Below the pieces are notes generated by a model. It was not told the DNA's origin. It searched no databases and worked only from the letters and a program-made list of their open reading frames with translations. The position numbers and the translations under genes were made by a program. DNA of 57,046 nucleotides, filler included, from Sphacelaria rigidula (Eukaryota), in NCBI GenBank assembly GCA_964200075.2. It is 6 parts of 6 records of this genome, joined end to end, with 100 filler letters (N's around TTAATTAATTAA, not from the genome) between each part and the next. Parts side by side here need not be neighbours in the genome. Positions count along the whole stretch, not along the records: positions 9,526 to 18,950 come from CAXNAA020008532.1; positions 19,051 to 28,474 come from CAXNAA020008533.1; 4 more parts are not named here. One strand, given 5' to 3'. Shown here in pieces: positions 12,325 through 23,200 of this stretch. Within the stretch, counting starts at the first letter, position 1; every line of letters starts with the position of its first letter.

Positions 12325-13431
12325 GGTATTGGGTCGAAAATATATTGCCCCAATACGCATAAAATATTCATATTTTATAAGGGTGTTTTTCGGGCCGTAA
12401 CTTGAAGATTTCTCGGCCAATCTCATGCGAGAACATACCCCTCAAATAAGCAAATATATCCGCATATTCTCGCACAGATATTCCAGATATGATATATATT
12501 GCCCAAATATAACCAATATACCCAATATATGTGGGATATGGACGCGGATATCACGCGATATGTCTTCTTGAATACCAGAACCAGCCTTATTACTTTGTCG
12601 CCAGACTCCGGATCGTTGGCGCGCATGTGATAGTAGTGTCGCCGCACCACACCCGTACACACAAAACACAACCACTACACACTACACGCCATACACCACA
12701 CACCACACATGTGCGATGAGCAACTCCCGGTCGACACCCCCAGCCAACAGCACCGCATTTGGACAGCAGAGTAATATTTTTTTGTGGCGTGGAGAGTGAA
12801 GATGACTGGATTTGTGACAATGTGTTTGCAGCGTGTTGCCATGTGGTGGGGAATTAGACGTGTTAGTCGGGATGGCAGCACGGAGACAACGGGAGGGTTG
12901 CAGGTAGACGCATGAATTTAAATCGTGGTTTGACAGGTTTCTCGGTTACCGTGAGAAAGACGACTATTTGGCGCGGTAGGCGCCAACAAATATTCAACAG
13001 ACCAAAAAAAAAAAGGCACCAACTACCGTCAGTTGAAGGCACGCGTCTTGTTTCTAGTTGTTTGCTCCGCTTGTTCGCGTTTGAGCGTTTGGGCGCGTCG
13101 TCCCTCTAGCGGTGCCGTGCCTGCCTCTGTGCAATATGCCTGGCACGTGCGTAAGTGTATGCAGCTCACTGATGAGGCACGTAACTCGTCACTCGTTACA
13201 CACACATAAATAACACATGTACACCACACCCTTAGACTCAATCTGCATCATCGGGATGAACTGTCCCTATGTTCAGAGATATCTGGAGGGTACCGGGTGC
13301 GATCTCGGATACGCATAGGATAGTCCAAAAATCCGGATATGATATTTCTTGTGCGGGATGACAGATTATATGCGAGATCTATTCACCCAATATATCTATA
13401 TCCTACTGGGGCCATTTTCAGACCCAATACC
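12325..13431. mobile_element. ~1.1-kb non-autonomous TIR element
   Basis: Termini GGTATTGGGTCGAAAAT and ATTTTCAGACCCAATACC, with ATAT/GATA-rich subterminal repeats at both ends and no convincing ORF. Confidence 0.55.
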
Positions 13432-14659
13432 GAACTCCAATTAGCACAGACACTGAACAACAGACCAACACATCAAAGATTAGGGTCGGGGTCAAGGTCA
13501 GGGTTTAGGGCTAGAGTGTTGTCTACTGTATACTAGACACATCTCGAGTGAGGTGTAGCGTTTAGCGATGCCATTTCATGGAAACGCCTTGCACGTGTGG
13601 AATACTGGTTGGGAGACAGGACCCCGTTCACTGAAAAAGGATGCAACATACATATATGTAATTATACACCAGATATTCTGAAGTTGTTCGTTTGCCTCAT
13701 CGGCTGAACACAATCAGTTTCGATGGCTCAGTTTTGGCGTAATTTTCACAGGAAAAAAAGCGAAAATATCTCATTTGTTCGCCTCCGGCGGCGCCTCCAG
13801 CTAGCCCCCCCTCTTCAGCAGGGGAGAAGGGCAAAGGTGAGTGGACTCACACACGAGTTGTCTCGGCTTTGCTACTCGCTCACCGTGCGATGCTGCTCGC
13901 CGCGCGAGCACACCTTTTGACTGATTTCAAATTTCGGTGCAGCCAAAGTTTATCGGTATCATGGATATCGACCGCTTCGCGGCCAATACAGTATAGGATT
14001 GATCGTTGACTTGACATTAACTACTGGAGTGGGCTCCTATTTGGTCTATAGTAGTTTCTCTCTCTGTACCCTCTCTGGCATTCAGGGGGGAAGAGCCGGG
14101 ATGATACAGAGGGGGAACCTCTCTCCGAGACCCCTCGCCTTCACTTGTATCACGGGAAGGGCTCAGCAGTCGGTACGTCCTCAGGGACAACCGGGTCAAA
14201 TCTTCATGCGGGCGCCTCAACAATGTACACAAGCACTCCTTCTTGGACGCAGTGTGGGTGATTGCTTGGAACAGAGGGTAAGGAGAAACTGTGCGGAGTA
14301 CAGTTAGTTGACACCCTCTTCTGTAGTAGGCCTGGTGTTGGTGGATGTGAATGAAACACGCTCGAGGGTCGAGTTGGAGGGAGTCAGTTGCAAGTGTCAA
14401 AACTGCCTGGGGTAGGTCGTATGGGTTAACCCTTTGACCGCGAGAGTAGGTCACCGGCTGAATCGGCATCAATCTTCACTTGGAACAAATACGCGTGGTT
14501 CAGATAGACTGCCCGCACCGCGGTCCAAGGGTTAAAAGCAGATAGAAGTCATGTAGAATCTCATTGAGCTACAGCAACTCCCAACACCCCTTACACCGCA
14601 GACCGATTGGTGTCGACGCAGCAGCAGATTGTATCACCCTCACCCAAGCTGAGCCATGC

Positions 14660-15090
14660 TCCTCAATCTTTGGTGATGCCGCGCGTTTCAGCCACCGCAC
14701 ACGTTAGCTGTCCCTTCTTTAGATCTTAGTTCTTTGCCGCGTGTTTCAAGTTCATGGTGGCATGAGTTATATCGAGTGTGACCTTCATGGTTGCTGATCG
14801 GGCGGTTCAGAAGTGACGTGGCTAGTGCTCGGGCGATTCGAAAATAACGCTTCGACCGGCTGTCGGAGTGTTCCAAAAGGGTCAAAGGGGAGGACAAGGA
14901 TGGGGAAAACAGGGTGCAACATGAACTTCGTTAAGATGTGGGTACATATCCCCCCCCAAAAAAACTATGGACAAAAGCATCCTCCAGCGCCGCGGTACTG
15001 TTAGCTCTCAAAGCGTGCCCGAAACTGAAACAAAGATGGTTGTCCGTGCTCTGCATGGGCTGAGGGCGTAATGCTAACGCGTCAGGATTA
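14660..15090 (-). repeat. ~430-bp repeat, inverted copy of 11090-11490
   Basis: The minus-strand ORF fragments STDNHLCFSFGHAL and SRSKRYFRIARALATSLLNRP parallel the plus-strand STENHLSSFGHVL and SRSKRYFSTARPLATSRLNRP. Confidence 0.7.
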
Positions 15091-15706
15091 AATCTGAGGC
15101 AGGTTGGGACACGCGCGGGCATGTCACGCAGGCCCTCTCTCCCTGTACCCTATTTTGGCTGACAAAGGGGTGGGTATATATACTGTACCCCCTTTTTTTT
15201 ACTTCTGCTCAAGAAAAAATAGTTTCATTGCGCTGACACCTACACGAATCACACACATATATACATAGTTGCAGCACATACATACTTGAACAGGGGTCTT
15301 GCTTCGACTCAACATACCAGAGCTTTACACAAACCATACATTTCAGATGAAACGTCAACATACAGCACATACCTGAATAGCACCGCATAGCCTGTCATGT
15401 GTGACAACTGTTTTAGTAGTATACAGATCCCGGCGACTACATCTTGTCTTGCATGTGGTATTTCCCACAAGGGGGGAATTTTGGAGAAGGACTACCCTAG
15501 ATATGGGCACCCGTTGTGGATCCTTGTTAAGTTTGAGTAGACGGTTCGAGAATTTGTTTTTGCAAAGATGGGCAAAATGAATGCATGTGGAAACAAACCC
15601 TTGTGATAGAATACGAGCGTAGAATTTTCTGCACATAATTTTTGTATTCCGATTTACTGTGTGCATATTGCACACGCACACGCGCGCGCGGCACACACAC
15701 ACGAAC

Positions 15707-16035
15707 CTCTGCGAGGCAATGACCTCGATAGTCCGCCCAGCTGACTCTCGTACCGCTCTCTTCGAATGTGGGCACCGCGGGAAGCAACGACGGAGCCGAG
15801 AGCAGCGGCTGTCGATGGTAGTGGTGATGATGATGGTGATGATGATGGTAACTGCGGCCATGACCCGACATGTGACCAAAGCCGTCGTAGGCCAGCTCAC
15901 GGTACCTGCTATCGTACGGGTACATGGCTCCTCCCTCACAATTGTAGTCATAGCTATAGTCGTAGCTATATTCGGCTCTGCCCCGTCCTCCTCCTCTGCC
16001 GGTTGCGCCGGCTCCGCCGCGAGCGCCGGCTAACC
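15707..16035 (-). CDS. Internal exon of a host gene with a poly-His tract and an RVSWAD PP1-docking-like motif
   Basis: Acceptor CTCAG|GG and donor GAG|GTTCGT enclose 329 nt open in phase 1 to 0: LAGARGGAGATGRGGGRGRAEYSYDYSYDYNCEGGAMYPYD...HHHHHHHHHYHRQP...SGTRVSWADYRGHCLAE. Confidence 0.7.
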
Positions 16036-17544
16036 CTGAGAGCAGTCGTCGTGTGGGTTGTGCATTGTTTGACCAAAATATGTTTCAATTTCGATAATAC
16101 TACGAGCTGAGCCAGCAGTGAATCCCGTATTCGCTGTCCACACCACAACTTCTCAAGTTTTCCAAATCAGCGCAACTTGAGCATATCGCTGTGCAATGCA
16201 GACCAGCCTGATAGCACACGGCACCGCCGCTGAATATAGAGAAACAAATGTACTGAATAATATATCACCTTAACCCTTTCGGGACCGGACCACCACAAAC
16301 ATAGGGTTGACCGTGTGTTGGTGAAATAATAAAAAATGAGTCTTCGAGCGACCTGCCCAATCACGGCGAGGCGATAATTATCGACCAGACCCCGACGACT
16401 AGCGCAGGGATTGTCGTCGAGTGTGATGCCACTGCAAAGATCGTGTGGGGGCCCTATCCCTGACCCAGATGAGCCTTTCCAGGTTTCCGAGTGCAGGATG
16501 GTCGCGGCTTGGTTTTATGGTATTACTTGCTCTCAGTATACCGCTCCCGAGTTTTACAGGAGGGTTTTTTGGGTTCCAATTCTATACTAAAATGTAGTAA
16601 TTTACAGACAGGGTGGGCTGGAAAAAACCCGGGAAGGAGTGTACATGCCACCATGTGATCATTTTCACGAGGCACAAAATTCAGGTGGGCCGTGGAAACA
16701 CAAAAGGAGCTACCGTCATGAATTTTGCGTATTCCTGCTGCGTATATTGTGGAAGGGGATGACAAAGCTATTTACAGGCAGCTGATGTGCCCAGAACGTG
16801 CAAGGGAGTATATGTAGCGACAGCTGCTGCTTCAGTTGGAGAGGCGCACTAGACTGTACTACACTACACTGTTGTATGCATGCGCGCCGCAACGCTAATA
16901 CCGTTCGAAGAGAATTTGCCGCATGCAACAAAGTGGGAAATGCCGGCCCACCCCTTGCCACAAAGGGCTGTGTGGCAAGGTGATGGAGACAAAAGTATCA
17001 TCCAAAGCCACAAGCGGGGGGCGGCCCGCCGGTCGCCGCATCCTGTTGAAAGCTCTCGACCACGACCCATACTGCTTGCTACATTGGATGTACACCACCT
17101 AATGCGCACCCTGCACCTGAAAATAGACTGGAACTTTCCACACGTCGGATAGGTCATGAGCTAGCCACCTGGAAATTACTTTTTATTAGAGTACTGATCC
17201 GGATCATAAGCTAGCTCATTTGGTCACTATTTCCGTATCAGCTCCCGACAGCGATGGACGCCGAGCACGCTGTGTAGCGGGAAGGTAACGCTTTGCCTTC
17301 TCGGACACTACCGTCACGTGTTTTGTGTTCTTGTACAATTGAGTCTGAGAGTCCTCTTCGATTAGTTATTTCAGGTAGCTCATGAGCTGTCCGACTTGTG
17401 GAACTTTTGGTCTTTGTCATAAACCTGCTGCGGTTACATGAACGGATCTTCAGCAACACGCCACTGTTTCGTGCAGACGCCAGACACGTCATTCCTGACC
17501 AGCCTCACTGGCCGTTCTGGAGGCCCGGTCCCAAAAGGGTTAAC

Positions 17545-17640
17545 GATGGACGACAAAAAATCGTGTATCTGTCGGGATTCGAACTCATGACCTCCATAGT
17601 TGAGGTCTCCTGTATCACTTGGATTGAACGGGCGCGGCCG
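17545..17640 (-). mobile_element. Possible second tRNA-derived SINE head
   Basis: The minus strand has a B-box-like GAGTTCGAATCCC preceded by a degenerate A-box-like CAATCCAAGTGAT. No intact cloverleaf is seen. Confidence 0.35.
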
Positions 17641-18524
17641 TGTCACACGAAAAGTACGATGCCGCGCTCAATTCGAGGTATTATTGCCGAAACTTCACCG
17701 GAATGTCGTTGACGCGAGTGCCCGTATGTGTTGGAGCGTTGTCGTCGTTTTCACCAATTTACAAGGATGTTATGGCATGTTTCGTGTTTTTGCTGGAAGT
17801 TCAACTCGCTCTAACTTCCTTCATTTGTTCTTCACCTGCACCCCCAATGGGGTTGCGCGGGTTGATGACAAAAATGCAAGGGTCGGACAAATCAATGATT
17901 CGTCTGGAAATTTCTTCGTTTTAGTGTAATTGATTCAAATCGTACGAATCAATCCCTAGGTTTGTTTCCAGCGTTGCAACCCCGGTACACGCAGCTCACA
18001 CACGAGGAATGGCGCAAAAGTTGCGTGGATACCCCTTGGACCAGCGATCAACTTTTTTCTCCCTTTTGGGCAATCAGGCCGAACAAATGGTGGATTCGTT
18101 GATTCGAACCCGTGATAATTCGTCCTAACCGTGTCAAAATGTCAGCGCCCGACTCGTCGAATTACCAGTGGCATCTCCACGCTTCGTTTAGAAATTACTG
18201 TTAGCTGGCCCAGCTCGTACAGTACAAGTACTAGATTTTCCTCCGGAGTCCTTCATCGGTTCAATTTTGGAAACGAGCCCATACGGGGCAGGGCGGACCG
18301 TGTGCTGAGCCGGGCCGGGGAGCACAAAAAGAGGGGGTTCTGTTGGTTGAGAGTTACCATGCTAAATTACTCAGGGCATCGCACGTGCCCCGGCGTGGCT
18401 TTCCCACGTCACCTGGCGCAAAACAGTCTAATAATAGGCGTTTGGGAGTAACCGGTGTATTTATCGTGCGGGACAGTCGAAGAGAAGCATAGGTACTGAG
18501 GGGGTGTACTCATGATCTCGCATG

Positions 18525-18660
18525 CCGTAGTCATATGACCATTGCCCTCGCATCCGTACAATGCCGGGACGGAGCACGCCGGGTTTCCGCCGGACCAGGC
18601 TCGCATTCAATCACCAAGCGCGAAGCGGCGTGATGTGTTTGTTCGGCGAGTCGCATGCAC
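18525..18660 (+). repeat. Dispersed repeat (other copies at 38099-38190 + and 43205-43275 -)
   Basis: The core GCCGGGACGGAGCACGCCGGGTTT is present in all three copies, with extended similarity on either side. Confidence 0.8.
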
Positions 18661-18950
18661 GGTGAGCTGTATCCTGCTAAGATTGTTCGGCTCGAGATGT
18701 ACTGATTATCTGGCGCATGGATGACCAGCCGACAATGACTTGCTTCATTTTCCGGTACCGCCGCAAGTACTGGGGAGAGAAGGAGGGGGTCAAGGTTTCC
18801 TCCTAGTTCCTTATAGCGAACTCGAAGTAAAAGTACAAATGGCACGCCACTCGCCTGATGTTCATCTCATTCTCTCTTTTCTCTTCGATCATTTCCCCCC
18901 CCCCCTCCATTGTCAGTGGTCAAATGACTAAGGCAAGCAACGACGGAGTA

Positions 18951-19050
18951 NNNNNNNNNNNNNNNNNNNNNNNNNNNNNNNNNNNNNNNNNNNNTTAATT
19001 AATTAANNNNNNNNNNNNNNNNNNNNNNNNNNNNNNNNNNNNNNNNNNNN
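18951..19050. other. Artificial contig linker
   Basis: N-run-TTAATTAATTAA-N-run, 100 bp. Confidence 0.97.
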
Positions 19051-19120
19051 TACTGACAAGTCAGCGCTGGCTGGTCAGCAGTCTAGTTGGTTGTCTCTTA
19101 AACCGTCACAGTACACACCC

Positions 19121-19730
19121 AAAAGGTGGAGAGAAGGAGTAGTCGTCCATATTTTCAAAAAAGGAGACAGGGCTGACCCATGAAACTATAGAAGGATAAC
19201 GCTACTGAACACGGTAGGGAAACCATTATGTACGATTCTGAATTGTAGAGTAGAAACGATGCTAGAAAAGGAAGTCAGAATCAGCGAGGCACAAGCAGGA
19301 TATAGACCAAACCATAGTTGCGTAGGTCATGTGTACACACTAAGTAAGATTATTCAGGGTAGGAAAGATGCTGGGCAGACAACGTACTGTTTCATTTTGG
19401 ACTTTCAAAAGGCTTGTGACACAGTAGGATGGAATGGGTTGTGGAAAACGTTGTGGGAAGCTGGGATCAGAGAAAAGATGTGGAGAATCGTGAAAATGAC
19501 AGAATGTGCCAAAAGTGCCATGATGCTAGACGGGGAAATATCGAGATAGTTCGATATCTTACAAGGAGTTGCACAAGGATATACGTTATCACCTACTTTA
19601 TTCAAGATATTTATCAATGAGTTGATACTAGTAACAAAAGCAGCAAAGCAAGGAGTCAAGGTGGGTGAAGATATGGTGTCAGGATTGATGTTCGCGGATG
19701 ATTTTGTGGGGATTTCAGGAACACCAGGAG
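19121..19730 (+). mobile_element. LINE (non-LTR) reverse transcriptase fragment, decayed
   Basis: WREGVVVHIFKKGDRADP*NYRRITLLN...QAGYRPNHSC...ILDFQKACDTV...QGVAQGYTLSPTLF...LMFADDFVG are canonical non-LTR RT motifs, here with in-frame stops. Confidence 0.9.
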
Positions 19731-20229
19731 CCGTGCTACGGTCAGGGGAGACTTATTTGTTTCCGGGTGCGTAACCTGGATGTAGGCGTGGGCTCTATAT
19801 ACTGGTGCCATTGAGACGGTTTGGCGTCGTGAGGGTCAATCTGTTGGAGTAGACGAAAGGAAACCGGGTGTGTGAATTGGGAGTCATGTGATTTGAATCG
19901 CATGTATGTGTCGAGATGCTATTTACACTAGAGCTTGCACTCATCGTGTGTATTCCCCGAGTAACATTTGTCGTTAGACTTATGGTATCGACATTTATAT
20001 CAAGTCGAAAACTATACGGGGGTGTAACATTACCACTTTTGTCTTTCCCCGCGCCTGACCCCCATCCGCTCAGTATACAATATACTTCCTATGTATTACA
20101 TCCACTTGATTGAAAACACACCAAAACATCAGCTCCCACCGTGCGGGTGTTTCACAGCGCCCGCCCCCCACCCGCACACCCAAGATATGTATATTTATTA
20201 CTAATATAGTCAAAACTCCCAGCGTGCAT

Positions 20230-23200
20230 TCATGCGAACATACTACAGAGAGTATAGAGTATACCGTCGCCTCTATGCCTCCCGGGGCGACGCAAGCACA
20301 TGCTTCCCGTCATCTTCATAATAAACCATTTCAGCGTGTCTGGCCTAACCCCATGTGCGTAATTATGAGCCCCCCACTGTGGCGATCTTGTCGTCAGGGA
20401 TCGGGAAAGTCGTCCCATGAGTATCGACTACGAGGTCTAACAACGAACCATATCCGTCGCCTGGCGAGTACATGTACTTCGCCATGTGGCTGTTTGCGAG
20501 GTGGTCCCGTGTTACTGTGATCTTGATCTTGCTCAACACCCCGGGACGAATAAGTAGGCCGTACTGAACCCACGTGGCAATCTTTCTGATGCTCGTGTGG
20601 TGAGGTCCTTGTTTCCGAAGAATGTCCGTTTCAAGTTGTCCTTGAGCCAAGCGGAGACATGTCCTTCGGTAGGGGCTTGCCCTTCCTGACAGTAGTGTGT
20701 CCTGGCCTGGCTGATCGTGGTCTTGATATGATAGCTGTACGGCAAGCGCGGTAATGTCCGGAAGGCTCGCGAGATTAGGGAGGGGGGGACGGTGCGAAGT
20801 GGCGATGGGGCAGCCGCAGGTTGCAAAATAGCTGAGAATGCCGTAGCCAGGTATGCGGTTACGAGATACCGGCGAAATTCACGTCGTGTCTGAGGACCAA
20901 ATTCGTATGCCACGTATATTTCTAGGAATACTTGGGCGATTTACTCCTGAAATGCACATGGCTTCCCGCGAGTCTTGGTCTTCGTCGTACATATTATCAC
21001 GCGGAGGTGCCGCTTTTCCGGTGGGGACGGTCGGTCTTTGTGGTGTCTCTTCCAAGTCGTCGTCGCCGTCTTCGTAGTGCTCTTCACCAACGTTGGCCTT
21101 TCGTAGTAATATGATACGCACGACACAGGGAACATGGTGAAATATCCAGCCTGGTTAGACAAATAGTTGAAAAGATAGCGAGGGGTGCTCCTCGCTGGCG
21201 CGGTATATGTATGTTTATTCGGGGCTAAAAATAAATACGGATGTGTGTCGGCGCTAGGAGGGCTCCAGCCTAGCACAGACGAACTGATGTGCGCGAATTG
21301 AGTCATCTTCACCTTCCGCCGGTGTCGCGCGTGTTTGCCCGGCGCTTGGAACTTTCCAACGGCGTTTTCGCTCGTCCCCGCCCCACTCTGCGCTCGCTTG
21401 CGCTTTGTACCATCGCTTGACTCTCGGTGCCTGAGGAAATAGAAATATAGAACAAGATGAAGGGAACGTCTGATGGGACTTCTCGGAAGAGAAGACTTCG
21501 ACCTTCCCTTCCTCGCGATACGCACCCGACACGTCGCTGTGTAGGGAAATGGACCAAGTCGCATGTTCCGCTTCGGAGAGTACTTGTTGCATTCATTGCG
21601 GATTCGCGTAAGAGTTCCACGTCATCGCTCATCACCCTTACTCTCCTACATGGAGGAGATGTGCGGATCCGTTCGTTGTCTTATCACTCGCCAATGAACC
21701 AAATATCCACCGGCCATGGGCGACAAAAACGTGGTTCGTTGTTGCCACGCATGGTGATATACTTGTTAGGAGAATCATCTGTGGGAGAAGCCGTTCCATC
21801 GTCGACGTCCTCGTCCGCGTGGGTGTTGCGCCGCTGGTCCTGGTGTGTCGCTGCCCCAATCGCGGAGGTGGTCACCAGCACCCCCCTCTCGGGTTGCTTC
21901 CGTTCGTCGACGTCGTCATCTGAGCTTCCTCCGTCGTCGTCGTCGTCGTCGTCGGGGGCGAAATTCGTGATTTTCACGGACACCGACTTGCCGCTCGTTT
22001 GGTTCCCATGGGCGACCAGGAGGCCGAGAACCTCCAACGTTTTCGCCGGATAGTGTGCAGTCACATGAGACGTGAAGGATTTCTGCGTTCCGTTCGATGT
22101 CTTTCGTTGCAACATGACATTGTCTTTCTCGGCGGCATGGTCTGAATAGGTGATGGGAAGCGACGCGTAGATACAGGTGGGGAAAAGTGTACGGTGGCAT
22201 CACCGGCAAGAATCTGCGATCAGCAAATGGTGATTTTGATGGAACAGTTTCACATTTGGGCGTGTGTGTTTATCGTCACGAAGGGTCTCCTACACGTATG
22301 AGGGGCCACGGGACAATATGAGTGAGGGTATTCCCGTTTCATCAGTGTGTCGAGATATCCCTATTCCGCCGTGTGATTCGAACCTGTCGTTAATTCTCAC
22401 GTTTCCTGAGTTATTTGACGATGACATAACAACGGACGTCTCTCCCCCAACAACTCAAGTCCGACTAGCAATATTTTGTGTAAACCCCCGTCATGACGTC
22501 ACTCGCCTAAGCCGAAATGCTGCTCGATTGTAAGTTGGCATGGACAATGGATCGAGGGCGCGCATACCTGACCGCATGTTGATACGGGGATCGTCTTCTT
22601 GCGTCGGTCCTTTCACGATTTCGCAATCTCCGCCAGTTGTAGGGTTCAAGTCCACAGGGTGTGTTTTGCCTCGTCCCGTTGCTTCCTCTATAGTTTTGTG
22701 CCGGTCGGCATCGAAGAATGGCCGTCCGTCCGTAGAGAGGGTGTCAGGGTTCTCCGCCAAGACCCCGATGAGGAGGCGTTTACGGTCTATGTCCTCGAAG
22801 ATTCCTCGAAAGTTAGCGAGGGACCGCTTTTTCTGAGCGTCATTGCTCGCACTCAGTTCGGCTACGAACCGATCGACGACCAACATGACGAGTTCTGTCG
22901 CCATGGTCCGCGCCCGTCGCCCTAACTTGGGTCATCCATACTGGGGGGGTTGTCCTCGTGGGTAACCCAGTCATGGCAAGCCCTGGCGGTGAACCTAATC
23001 GCGGTTGAGGCTGATACCGCGATATGTGGGAGCAGTCCATGACCGGGATCTAGGTCACTTGCGTTGGACTGCCGGAGATCCTGTCCCGTTTTTCTCGTCT
23101 GTTCCAACCAATGTTTGGCCTCCGATCCAAGCGTACTTTTCATCGCCTGTTTATTTATAGGCGACAGGCTCTCCCGGTCCTTCGGACTCAAGCTCTAAGA

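Noticed and set aside
13480-13515. Telomere or interstitial telomeric array
   Set aside because: Only a few degenerate TTAGGG-like units embedded among dispersed repeats.
22664-22690. ATGRGKT as the helicase Walker A
   Set aside because: It lies within the D5_N-like segment, lacks a preceding hydrophobic strand and has no matching downstream motifs. GNQTSGKS at 21984-22007 fits better.
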